Shown: one piece after another, positions 37,950-50,631 of the stretch
Position numbering within the stretch: position 1 is the stretch's first letter
How the letters are laid out: every line of letters starts with the position of its first letter
Source of the DNA: Octopus bimaculoides
Lineage: Eukaryota
DNA: 64,000 nt
Reading direction: 5' to 3'
Assembly: GCF_001194135.2 (NCBI RefSeq)
Contig: NC_068981.1
Location: 8,701,873-8,765,872 of the forward strand
Position numbers and translations under genes: made by a program
The notes under the pieces: generated by a model
Database searches by the model: none
The model's input: only the letters and a program-made list of their open reading frames with translations
Told to the model about the DNA's origin: nothing

Positions 37950-38780
37950 GACTGGTTGTCTCTCAGACAGTCAACTGAGGAATGGGTTTAGAACAACCAA
38001 TACAATATGGCACTGCATGGACAACGTTTATTAAACAAGAGCAGGGAGAAGATATAAACTAATGAAGTGAAGAGGATATTGTGTTATAGTTTACTAGTGA
38101 AAATTTTAAGAAGAATTTAACGGCTGGGACACTCCAGACATGGATATACCTTAATAAAGATCTGCATGGAGGATATTTTAGACATGAGTAAAAAAGAAAA
38201 ACTAAACTTATTAGTGAAAAATTTTCACCGTGACAAGCAGGACGAAATCAACTTTAAGAAGTCTAGCTTCTTTTGGACTCACAACCACTCCATTACTTTG
38301 GAACGTATGCTTCTGCAATCGAAGAGCGAAGTCCTTACTCCCCAGACACGCGACCTACTATTTCAGTTGTTATTTCATTGAAAAGCATTACACTATAATC
38401 AGCAGCAGCTGAGCCCTAAAATGTTGTCAAACTATTTTTTATGCCGCCATGATGGTCTTTTTACAACAATATCGAATTCCATAGAAAGGTTTGCACAGGG
38501 ATAATCATATAAAAATTCACTACTCATATTAGATGCATATTTATATAGTTTGGCTGAAAGGCGATTAGCGGAACATCCCCTCAAAACATCCGCTTAACAC
38601 AAACAGTCAGACATAATTGTAGAGAAAGGGAAAAACATTGTTGAAAATTAGATTAGAGCAAACTGCACTAATCTAATTTTGTGGGGTTTAATTGACTGCC
38701 CAGAAAATGGGAATATTTCACTCAAAATAGGGAGAAAGAGAATATTTATTTCGAAATGTTTTGTCAACCTACAAGTAATT
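37950..38780 (+). mobile_element. Degenerate L1/Tx1-like LINE C-terminal region
   Basis: TPQTRDLLFQLLFH*KALHY resembles the zf-RVT PKxRDxxWRLLHxAL motif; also NLILWGL..SLKIGRKRIFISK. Confidence 0.45.
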
Positions 38781-39099
38781 TACAAAGGCTATAAATTTAT
38801 GTATGTGTAATTTATTTATATATTTTGTTGGGTTTCGAAAAGTTTAAGCAATAATCAGGACAACTTTGAAGTTTTACATATTAGAAGATATGATCTTCAA
38901 ATACGTATTCTACTAACTTAATCAGTAAGTGGAATAGTGAAAATATGTCTAAATTCCATGAATGGAATTTTTTTGTTTTTTATTTTTGGATTTAGCTGTG
39001 TTTCTTTTGTTTTTATAGAAAGAAATGGAAGAATTGAAAGATTGGATATACATGAAGGGAGACGGAGAGACAAAGACAGAGACAGACAGAGAAAGAGAA

Positions 39100-39208
<109 letters not shown>

Positions 39209-39329
39209 AACAGAAACAGAACTAAAGAACTGTATGTCTTTTATAATTATTTGAATTCATTTTAGAAGAAAGGAACTGGTTTCTAACAAAGAAGCATATC
39301 TCCAGCACCGAAATTTGGTTAAGAAGAAT

Positions 39330-39570
39330 GATAATTATCACATGCTGAACTCTGGAAAAGTATCGTAGATTTTTACTGTTCCACTTCCAGACTCTGTATT
39401 TGTAAAGTATGTATTAACGAATCCAGTTCTTTATTGGAAACCAAAAGCTTTTCATGGTTTTCACGTAAATTTTTACTATTAAAACCAAATGACCCAATAA
39501 TGACTGTTATAAATGCGAATTTATAATCAGGGCAGAGAAAATATGTTTCGAAGCAGCTGCCCGTAAACAC
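39330..39570 (-). mobile_element. R4/Dong-like LINE extreme 3' coding fragment
   Basis: PDYKFAFITVIIGSFG..NL..LIHTLQIQS parallels the 7430-7620 and 40290-40450 fragments. Confidence 0.65.
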
Positions 39571-40249
39571 TCTCCTCCTCACCAATTTTGAACGAAATAT
39601 ATTTACATATGTTGGACGACTGATCTCTGGCTGTGCATATTTATTTTCCGTCCAAAATACTCTAAATCAGGTTTGATATGTTTGACTAGGTAGAAGTTTT
39701 GATGAGAATATTCGACCAATATTCTTTGTGTTCACATATATGTACGTATTCCATAGAAGAGGCGTTGTCTATATTTATTCCAGAACAATCTTTCCTCAGA
39801 ATGGCACCGTAAATTGTTTTAATCACAACATCATGTCACAGTGGCTGATGGTACCTTGATGATTGATGATTGACGATATTTGTTAATCATTTGTTTATTA
39901 TCGTTAATAGAAATGTGATGCAATATGTATTTTTGGTCCATCTTTTGAATTTTTAAGGCCCCTCCTGTGTCTTTTGACCATTCAGTATTTTTTTTTTTAG
40001 TTATCTCCTGTTCTTCGTTAACCTTCAAAATGTGAGATGATGGCCACCAGTGCAAGAGAGTCTTCTAAACATCCTGTTAATAAGAGCATCGTCCTCAAGT
40101 TTATGAGAAACATATTTTGTGGATCATGGTGATTTTCCCTTTCACGATTTTAATGTACGTTCTCTTCTTTTTTAATCTATTGGAAATCTTCCTCTGTGGA
40201 AGGAACAGCTTTTAACAAAGATTGTATCTTTGGAATGTAGATAAAAAAA

Positions 40250-40830
40250 AAGTCACATTTTAAACTTGAAAAAAGTCTTGCATGCTTTTAGTGTTCCGCT
40301 TACAGAGTGTATTTGTAATGAAAACCTTATCTTATCTAGATTGTCCACTTGGGCATTTACTCTCGAAACTAAGTGCGCCAATTATTATTGGTATAAATGT
40401 AAGTTTATAATCCGGATATAGAGGCGGTTTCGAAGCAATTGTCCATAGTTATTTTCTTTCTCTTTGATTTTTCAAAGAGATATTCACATCAGCAGAACAG
40501 CTGATCTCAATGATGATACATACTTACTCTTGTCTGTCCCAAACCATGATATCCGGCCTGTTATTGCTTACACTTAACATATATTTTGATGGGAATGTTT
40601 CACCAGTATTCCTTGTGCTGATATTTGTGTACTTATTCAATAACAGGAGGATTCTCCATATGCATTTCGGGACAGTCTTTTTCTCCGAATAGTATCAGTG
40701 TATATTGTTTTTGCGGCAACGTCGTGTCACATAGGAAAGTAGTACCTTGAGAACATTTTTGGGCGACGGCCAATCACATGTGTGATATCTTCCACAGAAT
40801 TATGTCATAATATACATTTTCGGTTGCATT
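40250..40830 (-). mobile_element. R4/Dong-like LINE endonuclease fragment
   Basis: Reads NRPDIMVWDRQE*VCIIIEISCSADVNISLKIKEKENNYGQLLRN..YPDYKLTFIPIIIGAL. Confidence 0.8.
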
Positions 40831-41336
40831 TGAGGCATCAAGTGCTTGTGTATGTGTGTATGTACATATATATGTTTCTCAAGACAACAAATAGTAAAAA
40901 TTCAGATCTAGAAGACAAGTGTTAAAACATTCTTCCATGTGCAACATTTAAAAAGTGTGTGAAGCGTAGTGGGTGTGTGGAGAGCGTGATGTGTGTGTGT
41001 GGGTTGTGTGTGTCAAGTGTGTGAAGTGTGTATGATGTGGTTAAAAAGTTAGACGGGTTTAATCTTTGCCCTTTCAACGTTACTAGTCTACACTTATAAT
41101 TCAAGTTGTGAGCAAATATTACATATACGAGCGTGTATATGTGTGTGTATATGTGTGGGGCGAGTAAGAGAAAGCCGTAGATTCATTTCCAACATAAACC
41201 TACGTATGTCTTTACATAGACATACAAAGAGACAGCCGAGGCATACATATTTTACGTAGGTCTCTAATGAGATGCATACGCAAACATTACGAGGTCAAAT
41301 GTTGAGTTTGACAAGATTAACTTACAACAGACCTAT

Positions 41337-41374
<38 letters not shown>

Positions 41375-41895
41375 CACACAGAGGCGCATACACACACACA
41401 CACACACACATGCACACTTACCTATCACACACACAAAGTTAAACAGTAACTGCATGGCTGAAGTAGTTGCAGCTGACTCTCAGTTTTGAGTCGTGACTGC
41501 ATGGTTGCCAGGAGCAGAATGAAACAGTGTCATGTGGTTGGCCAAAAGAAACACGACATTCCTCGAGGGCGGCGTCCATCTTGTGGGAGATAAAGGAGAG
41601 AGTGGCAGCAATGGAACGGACTGGAAATGTCAGTCGTCAACAGGAAATGAAGGGATTATCCCCTAATATAGATTGCATAGGAAATACAAATTAAACAGTG
41701 TGCATGTATATATGTATTCATGTATGTATGTATGTATGTATGTATGTATATGTGTATGTATATATATATACATACACACACATACATGCACACACATACA
41801 TACACACACATACATACATACATACATACATACATACGTACATATACACACATACGTACATACGCACACACATACATACACACACACATACATAC

Positions 41896-42310
41896 ATCTT
41901 TTGTTATTTCCTTGTTTCAGTCATTTGACAGCGAAATGAATCGACCCCAGAAATTATTTATTGCTATTCTTAAGCCTGGTACTTATTCTTTTCTATTCTA
42001 GGCAGAAGACCTAAAATTTGGGGGGAGGGGGTCAGTCGATTAGATCGATCCCAGTACGCAACTGGTACTTAATTTATCGACCCCGGAAGGATGAAAAGCA
42101 AAGTTGACCTGGGTGGAATTTGAACTCAGAATGTAAAGACAGACGAAATGCCGCTAAGCATTTCGCCCGGCGTGCTAACCATTCTGCCAGCTCACCGCCT
42201 TAGCGTCATTTATTCTATCGGTTCATTTGTCGAACCGATAAGTTACAGCGATAACACAAAACACCTGTTGTCAAGCGCTGGTGGGGGAAAAACACAGTCT
42301 CGCACACACG

Positions 42311-42349
<39 letters not shown>

Positions 42350-42513
42350 TTATTTATTTATACAACAGGCTTCTTTCAGTTTCCGTCTACCAAATCAACT
42401 CACAAGGCTTTGGCCGGTCCGAGGTTATGGTAGAAGACACTTGCCGAAGGTGCCATGCAGTTAGACTGAACCCGAACCATGTGGTTAGAAAGCAAGCCTC
42501 TTACCACACAGCT
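41896..42513 (-). mobile_element. SINE with central (CA/TA) microsatellite, interrupted by a second SINE
   Basis: Head 42361-42513 matches the 28133 copy. Tail pieces lie at 41896-41989 and 42210-42300. Confidence 0.75.
41990..42209 (-). mobile_element. tRNA-derived SINE nested in another SINE
   Basis: Full 24440-family copy flanked by TTATTCT at 41983-41989 and 42210-42216. Confidence 0.88.
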
Positions 42514-42564
42514 AATATATATCTGTTGTGGGGGTGGGCATGTGTGCGTGCGAGCGTGCATGTG

Positions 42565-42815
42565 TCACGTGATCAGTGACCGATCAGGCTATCAGATGCT
42601 GTTACACATCGCTGGTCACAATGCGCTTTTTGCATTGTTTTAGCCTCAAATGACGCCACCCCGCGTGCTAGGCGAGCAGGCCAACACCCACTTCCTGATC
42701 AAAAGGGACACTTGGGCAACGTGAAATGAAATGTTTTGCTCAAGAACGCAACGTACAGCCCAATCCGGGAATCGAACCTACGATCTAGCGATCGTGAGTG
42801 CAACAACCTAACCAC
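42565..42815 (-). mobile_element. tRNA-derived SINE, third family
   Basis: Reverse complement reads GTGGTTAGGTTG..CACTCACGATCGCTAGATCGTAGGTTCGATTCCCGG..GTTGCGTTCTTGAGCAAAAC (A and B boxes). Confidence 0.8.
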
Positions 42816-43002
42816 ATGTATATGTACATGTATGTAATGTAGTCGTTGGTTATGACCGATCAGAAAGTAACCATTGGCTTCACTTCTCTTATTACTCTTA
42901 TCAATATAGGCGACACATCAGACCTGCTGGCTGGAGGCACAGAACCTCTTTACTAATCATTAATAAAGAGCTCATGTGCCTCTTTATATGTGTGTGTGTG
43001 TG

Positions 43003-43065
43003 ATGGAATCGTAGGTTCGATTCCCTGATTGGGCAGTGCGTTGTGTTCTTGAGAAAAACTCTTCA
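43003..43065 (+). mobile_element. SINE 5' fragment, third family
   Basis: TCGTAGGTTCGATTCCC..GCGTTGTGTTCTTGAGAAAA. Confidence 0.6.
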
Positions 43066-43079
43066 TATATATATATCTA

Positions 43080-43114
<35 letters not shown>

Positions 43115-43495
43115 NNNNNNNNNNNNNNNNNNNNNNNNNNNNNNNNNNNNNNNNNNNNNNNNNNNNNNNNNNNNNNNNNNNNNNNNNNNNNNNNNNNNNN
43201 NNNNNNNNNNNNNNNNNNNNNNNNNNNNNNNNNNNNNNNNNNNNNNNNNNNNNNNNNNNNNNNNNNNNNNNNNNNNNNNNNNNNNNNNNNNNNNNNNNNN
43301 NNNNNNNNNNNNNNNNNNNNNNNNNNNNNNNNNNNNNNNNNNNNNNNNNNNNNNNNNNNNNNNNNNNNNNNNNNNNNNNNNNNNNNNNNNNNNNNNNNNN
43401 NNNNNNNNNNNNNNNNNNNNNNNNNNNNNNNNNNNNNNNNNNNNNNNNNNNNNNNNNNNNNNNNNNNNNNNNNNNNNNNNNNNNNNNNNNNNNNN

Positions 43496-43731
43496 GAAGA
43501 AAAGAAAGGTAGTTTTTACGTTTCGAGCAAAGCTCTTCGTCAGAAACAAGAGACGGATGCTATATATATATATACATTCCCCAAAAACGAACAAACAAGA
43601 GAAAAAAATCTCGAGGACGTGGTACATGCAAAGTATTAGTAGACGCTCAGGGAAGAAAAGAAAGGTAGTTTTTACGTTTCGAGCAAAGCTCTTCGTCAGA
43701 AACAAGAGACGGATGCTATATATATATATAC
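43496..43731 (-). ncRNA. Tandem hammerhead ribozyme unit (156-nt period), candidate non-LTR retrozyme
   Basis: Identical 80-bp repeats at 43496-43575 and 43652-43731. Each reads UUGUUU-CUGACGA-A-GAGC-UUU-GCUC-GAAACGUA/AAAAC, with cores at 43537-43543 and 43693-43699. Confidence 0.8.
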
Positions 43732-43789
43732 GCGATGGAATATCGAGTCGAAGCCGACGTATGAGTGTTCAGTTTTGCTGAACGTCCTG

Positions 43790-44018
43790 CACAAATGATT
43801 TGTTTCTAGTGATCCAATGTATGTGCTGTACATTCGCTCATTCCACTAACTCAAGGTTGCTTGTAGCAAGAGCATGGTGTACCGCACGTCAGGAGTTGAA
43901 GCGATCATAGAGCAATGTGAGATGAAGGGTCTTGCTCAAGAACACAACGCTCCGCACTGTCCAAGAATCAAAACCACGATCTCGCGATCGTGAATGCAAC
44001 ACTCTACCCATGTGGCTA
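43790..44018 (-). mobile_element. tRNA-derived SINE, third family
   Basis: CTTGCTCAAGAACACAACGC..AATCAAAACCACGATCTCGCGATCGTGAATGCAACAC. Confidence 0.75.
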
Positions 44019-44396
44019 TCGTAACAGAAGGCTGGAAAAATTTGGTTTCTTTTTAATTGCATGTTACACGTGTTTCATCACGAGACAGACATCCAAACCT
44101 AATACGACCTTTTAATCTTTGAAGAATCACAGATAGGAGATCCTATACATGTTTTTTTTTCTACATGTGCACCTTTGTAACTCCTATCCTGTAATGAAAC
44201 ATGTGCAGCATGGAATTAAAAATATACCAAACTTATTCCAGTCGTCTCATTTGATTTTAGTGAATTACTCTCCAAATCGAATTCACTAGAAATTTCAAAT
44301 GTTAATCTCATGCGAATAAAATATCTAAATACACACATTGGATTGATGTGAACGATGTGGTACACGACGACACAGCTTCGATTAGAACCTCTTATA

Positions 44397-44619
44397 CAGT
44401 AATCCCTCGATTATCGCGGGTGTTACGTTCCAAAACACACCGCGATGGGTGAAAATCCGCGAAGTAGAAACAGCACTGTACTGTATATTTTTTTTATAAT
44501 TTTTATAATTTCTATATATTTACTTTTATTATAAATGCAAAACAACACCACAGAGGAATCGACGTAAGCTTAAATGATAAACCGCGATAGGTGAACCGCG
44601 ATATGGCGAAGGATTACTG
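44397..44619. mobile_element. pogo/Tigger-type MITE (223 bp) with TA target-site duplication
   Basis: Terminal inverted repeats CAGTAATCCCTCGATTATCGCGG and CCGCGATATGGCGAAGGATTACTG, with TA at 44395-44396 and 44620-44621. Confidence 0.9.
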
Positions 44620-44625
44620 TATGCA

Positions 44626-44656
<31 letters not shown>

Positions 44657-44884
44657 NNNNNNNNNNNNNNNNNNNNNNNNNNNNNNNNNNNNNNNNNNNN
44701 NNNNNNNNNNNNNNNNNNNNNNNNNNNNNNNNNNNNNNNNNNNNNNNNNNNNNNNNNNNNNNNNNNNNNNNNNNNNNNNNNNNNNNNNNNNNNNNNNNNN
44801 NNNNNNNNNNNNNNNNNNNNNNNNNNNNNNNNNNNNNNNNNNNNNNNNNNNNNNNNNNNNNNNNNNNNNNNNNNNNNNNNNNNN

Positions 44885-45565
44885 TTCTGCCGCGAGAAGC
44901 CACTTGATGCAACCCTCAGGCATCAGTCTGTCGACCAGCGTTGTCTGATGAAGTGGTACTACGACGTAGTGCGCCTTTGTTTTGCAGTGCTTCTCCTGTT
45001 TTTCGATTTTTGCGATAGCTGAAACGAAGGAAGAGCATGCTTCCATGAAATTCTATTTACTGCTGGTGAAAAAGGCGGCCAAAACAGTTGTCATGCTTCA
45101 AACAGCTTACAAGGACGCTGCCATGAGCAAAACACGAGTTTACGAGTAGTTTCCACGCTTTAGGAATGGTCACTTGTCGCTTGAAGACCGACCACGTTCA
45201 GGACGACCGTCGACCTCCCGAACGAATGAAAACATCATGAAAATTGATGACCTGATCTTAGAGGACAGTCACCGAACAATTGAACAGTTGGAAGTTGATC
45301 CGGACCACTTTTCAAAGGTCATCACTGGTGACGAAAGCTGGTGCTACGGAATTTTCAGATGCGGAAGAGGTGAAGAAAAAAAACGACGAAGGCGTTAAAA
45401 GGCAATCACTTCGCAAGAGTTCCAGCTCTACTTCGAACAGTGGAAAATGCGTCTGGACCGATTCATTGCTTCAAATGGAGAATACTTTGAAGGCGATAAA
45501 AGTGTAAACATGTAAAAAATAACTGAATAAAACAATATTCCGGTTTCCTTTGGGTAACCCATCGT
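44885..45565 (+). mobile_element. mariner deletion derivative
   Basis: Reads TVVMLQTAYKDAAMSKTRVYE*F.RFRNG..SLEDRPRSGRPST, KVITGDESWCYG and FEQWKMRLDRFIASNGEYFEGD. Right end CCGGTTTCCTTTGGGTAACCCATCGTA. Confidence 0.92.
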
Positions 45566-45710
45566 ATGTATGTATGTATGTATGTATGTATGTATGTAGG
45601 TATTATGTAGGTATGTATGTATGTGCGTAGGTGTATATGTGCATGTATGCATGTACGTATACACACGTACATACATGTACTATACGCAAACATTTATGCA
45701 AACACACGTT

Positions 45711-45748
<38 letters not shown>

Positions 45749-46932
45749 TATGTCTACGTATGTGTGTGTGTCTACGTATGTAGACACACACAAGCGCAAA
45801 AGAAGGAGAGGGAAATGTGGTTGAAAAAGAGAGAGTGAGAGGTGCAGCACGAGATTTGACAATATGTTACGTCGTGGGTTCGCATTCTAAGCCAGTCAAT
45901 ATAGTTTACATTACACCCAAGGGTCCAGACGTTGAAAATGTGTCAATTATACTGGTTGTAAGGTTAGTAAAAAATATTGACATTTTTGAAGAATAAACCA
46001 TTCCCATAACGAAAACCGGAAGCAACTTTCGTCATGAACGAAAGTAAAATTCTATGATAAACCTTGTAAACTCTGAAATAATTTCGTTGCAAACACAGAG
46101 AAGAACAAAGAGGAAAATCTGGCAAAAGCGACGCCATTTCTATATTTTGATAAACTCAGTGTCTGCCTGTTCAACAGACAGGGAATTTGGCTTTGCCTCC
46201 ACAAATATCTGGTTATTAGTTCAAATTCACTGCAAGACACAGTGAACAAATGTGTTCTACAGATGCTTGACGTTGAGCCAAACCTTGTGAAAGACCATCG
46301 AAAGGGTTTTCGTAGTCTTGGATTGCAGACTGATTCTGTTCCCTAGTTTAACACCGCTGTTTGGTCCATAGGGGTTTTAACAGTGTTCATCTCTTAAAAG
46401 CAGAAATAGGGCCATAGAATCAGTCTCAAGGGAATTTCTTTCCATCTTTCTCAGAGCCTACGACAAATGGTCACGTCAGCTTCCACCCCCTCTGACGATA
46501 TCTCGTAAAAATGAACCAGAAACAACAACAAAAAAAAGAGATTAATTTATTAGGTTTACGAAATATTGTTAAAAATAAATGGTTCCTTTCTACCAGGAAG
46601 CCGTTAACGGCATTTCTCTTCTGTTGTGGCAAGATTTTAAAGCACTGTCATGGCAAATGTATGCACGCATATGCGTATATAAGCATGTGCGTGTGATGTG
46701 TGCGCACGTATGTTTATGTATATGTGTATGGTGTATGCGCGTGTGGTTCCAGTAAATGTATGTGTCACCCTCGGGCTACAAGCAACGCCCTCTATCATGT
46801 GATATAATTTTCTAGTTGTGCCTGTGTATGTTTGAGAGTGTATATCTGCACACACACACATGAACACTTATAGCCACAGCCTTAGGGCTGGAACGTCTAA
46901 AAGAATAAAAGCATAAAAGCATAAAAGCATAA

Positions 46933-47006
<74 letters not shown>

Positions 47007-47214
47007 GTATGTATGTATGTATATATTTATGCATATATATAAATATATGCAAATATTCGCACATGTATATATGCATACATGTACACACAGACATTTTATA
47101 CATGCACGTATATATGCATATATACATGCATCAAATGTACGCACATGCAGTACATATATACAAATACATATAAAATTTTGTATAGAAATGTATATGCATG
47201 TGTTTATGCATATA

Positions 47215-47267
<53 letters not shown>

Positions 47268-47576
47268 ACATACACACACATGAATACATTTAACTGTAGC
47301 AACAATTACAGAATTTGCTGTGTGTATGATTTGTTGTGTGTACGTGTGTATGTCTGTGCATATGTGTGTAAGCGCATGTGTTTGTGGATTTGCGCAGATA
47401 GATCTGTGTATGTGTACCTGTGTGTGTGTGTATATATGTACGTGTGCGTGTCGTTGTGCATACCAAACGTGATTGTTCGGGAAAATAAATTTAATGAGAA
47501 AACAATTCCTATATTCTAAAATGTAAATAGTTGTACAGTGGTGTGATTGTATGAACTTTACAAAGGACAACTGGTT

Positions 47577-47661
<85 letters not shown>

Positions 47662-47769
47662 GTGTATGTGTGTGTATGTGGTGGAGTAGATGTAGGTGTC
47701 TATATAACATATCACTGTCAATTGGGTGGAGAAAGCAACGAGAAACGAAGGAGAGCAAAAATTGCCATT

Positions 47770-49600
47770 TGAAATAAAGTTTAAGTTAACTCGAAAACGT
47801 TAGAACATTCCTCGTCTGCTGCGTATTCATTCTGGCAATGAGCCTTTCGAGGCACAAGTCTACAGGCCATAAAATGAATGCAGACATTTCCAGAAATATT
47901 AACACCTGTCCCTGTGATCGTTGCTAATTCTTTTTCTTCAGCTGTTATGTGTACATCTTCTCTAGGATAGGATATAGGCCATTATAATTAACTTTTTTTT
48001 CAAGAATTCTTTCAGTTTGTCAATGAAATTCTCACCATTTGTTACTATAAAGGACACTGAAATCTGTTTGAGGCTTTTAATTTTAAAAACTTTTTATTTT
48101 GATCGTAAACAAAAAAACGTTGTCATTCCTACGAACGACAAACATCAAGATAGTTGAAAGCTTATTGCTTTTAGGCTAGGTGTGATAGTAGTGGCTGTCA
48201 TGAATTTCTTGATGTTAACTGGTCACTGTGTGTTTTAGTCGCTGTCCGTCCATTGTTTTTGTGTTGTGACTGCGCTTTGGCCAGCTGCTGGTTCTGCTAC
48301 TGTCGTGATCCTGCTCACAAAAAGGGTGCCAAAGATGAAACTGTTGCTAGATCCGGTTCCACATGAAATTTTGAATGGTCAGATCTATTTATCGTGATCG
48401 TATTCTTGAATTGCACTTTTTTTTTTTTTTTTTGCATCGGATATGGTGATCCGGGTTCCATTGCTAAATATTCGTGCAGTATTTTTTTGTTTACTATAAA
48501 AATAAATATTTCTTTATTAAAAATCTCAAACAGAATTCTGTATTCCTTACCATATCACAACTACAGGAGTTGTCAAAGTCATGGAAGGTTAGGAATTTGC
48601 TTCGTAAAAATAGGTTTCGGTTTCAGTCTCACTGGTCGACGTTTTGAATTGAAACTTTCTTCTCTAAATAACTGAAGGATTGGTCTATTTATTGTATGAC
48701 ATATTAGTTGAGATTTGCCTGTGTTACAGACGAGAAATGAAAAAGGGAGATAATTTCAGTAAATTCTCTCAAAGTTAATCTTGGTACCCACCAAAACTTT
48801 GTGGGTGAAACTGTTAAATAGAAACTATGTTGAAGCCTGGCAGAGAAACCATTAGCGTTGTTGTGTGGTAGACTTAATCCATTGCCAGGTTTCGCATCAC
48901 CACCTTGCCTTTGGTCTGACATACGTAGCCTCCTTGAATTTGAACCCCACCCTCTCTGTTGAATCGCCAGTATTCTACCGATTCGGTGATCCGAACAGAT
49001 TTTTATAGATTTCACATTTATTTCAGAATTTCTGCAATTAATTTTTTTTTAAATGCTTTCAAAGAAATGCTAGAGTGCCGTACTAAATGTCTTATACTAG
49101 CTCTGCTTTTTTCTGACTTCAAATCTCGATCTATACTCCGAGTATTTGTTTATCGATGCCAATAGAATAGACTCGAGTTATATTGCATTGTTACAACTTG
49201 ATCAACATTTCTGTCATCAAAAACACTCCGGCTGTGACCGATTTTTCAATCATTGTACACTATTAAAGGTATCCTTCCTTTTTTAAAATTTTTATAGAGA
49301 TGGAGATTTAGCTGGTATTACTATCAAGTCAGTTATCTCGTTCACTTATATATTCTGGTATCGATATTCTTGCACATTTTATGGATTCTAGTGTTGTCTT
49401 AGATTAAAAGGAACTAGAATTTCTTTCAGTTTGGTGAACAAGTCTGATCCAGGCCGAGTGAAAGTCTGATGCAAGGGCCCTGCGAAATTGGACCCCATAG
49501 AACACGAACCACTGATTCTTCGGCTTGATGGCTTCATGCAGAATCGATGCAGCCTCTCCATGTTCTATATATTTTCTTGCAAACAAACAAAACGAATTTA
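47770..49600 (-). mobile_element. Possible highly degenerate L1/Tx1-like LINE
   Basis: Only scattered motif echoes (KQILGV, REGG) in A-rich, stop-riddled frames. Confidence 0.25.
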
Positions 49601-50430
49601 CATGGTATGTTGATCTGTTTGATTCTGACAGAGAAATTCAGGTAAAAAAAAGTTTAAAAGGTTCGGGAGGAAGAAATTTCACGAGATGATAGGGGCAGTA
49701 TTGAACTCACAACTCAAACTTTAAAAAATTCAAGTATAGAACAACACAACCATTTTGTCAGGAAAACAATTCGACTGTATCGATATCGATAGAAAAATGA
49801 AACTTCAAACAGAACAACAACAAAAACATAGCGCTGGATTAACCATGCAAGATGGGGGGCACCATAGAAATGGTAAAGGTTTACGGCACAAAAGAAATCA
49901 CTTTAAATTTGCTAAAGTAATATTCGCTATGATAACTGGTGTCATGGTGTCAAAGCGAGGATCTGATCAAAGAATTTACATTTAAAACAATAGGAGAATA
50001 GTTGATATGCAAGATAAATAAAATGGAAGTATACAGAAATAAACATGATTTTTCCTTTTGCCGTTAGTTTTGTTTCTTTTTGAAAAGTATAAATTATTTT
50101 ATGGATTATTATTGTTTATATTCATGAGGGCACGAAAATCTTTTAAGTGCTGAAGCCTTTTATGGGTCTCAACCCTAACCCTGCAACAACGGCAGCATAA
50201 CAAACAACAATAACAACATTAACAGAAACAGTAAAAAAAAACAGTAATGTCTAGTTGACATTGACCTTCCGATGTTTAGAATGGAGATCTGCTTAACAGG
50301 TTGAAATTAATATTGTAGATATAAGTTGGAGTAGGGAACAGGAAAATGCCCCATATATTTTTCCTATTGTCTCTCTAGTACTCTCCAGTGCTCCCTCTCT
50401 CTGTTTCTTTTTCCCTCTCTTCTTTTATCT

Positions 50431-50502
50431 TCTCTTTCTCACGAGACTCCAATAAATCCGAAACGTCAAAACATCCCTTCTTTCTTCAGCGTAAAACTAA
50501 TA
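50431..50502 (+). ncRNA. Degenerate hammerhead-like motif, same family as 21.4 and 43.6 kb
   Basis: Reads CUCUUU-CUCACGA-...-GAAACGUC-AAAAC...AGCGUAAAACUAAUA. G5 is changed to C and stem II is broken. Confidence 0.5.
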
Positions 50503-50591
50503 ACAGGTATCGTCTTATTTCTTTATATTGCTCTTCTTCATTTCATTTCACTTTTGAATATACATATGTATATATGTGTGTGTGTGTGTGT

Positions 50592-50631
<40 letters not shown>

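Noticed and set aside
39535-39590. GUGAGGA-GGAG..CUUC-GAAACAUA on the minus strand
   Set aside because: C3 is missing, stems I and III are unsupported, and it overlaps LINE coding sequence.
44061-44155. Hammerhead-like GAAACACGUGUA on the minus strand with an upstream CUGUGA and hairpin
   Set aside because: The core lacks A6, no stem II can be formed, and stem I is out of register.
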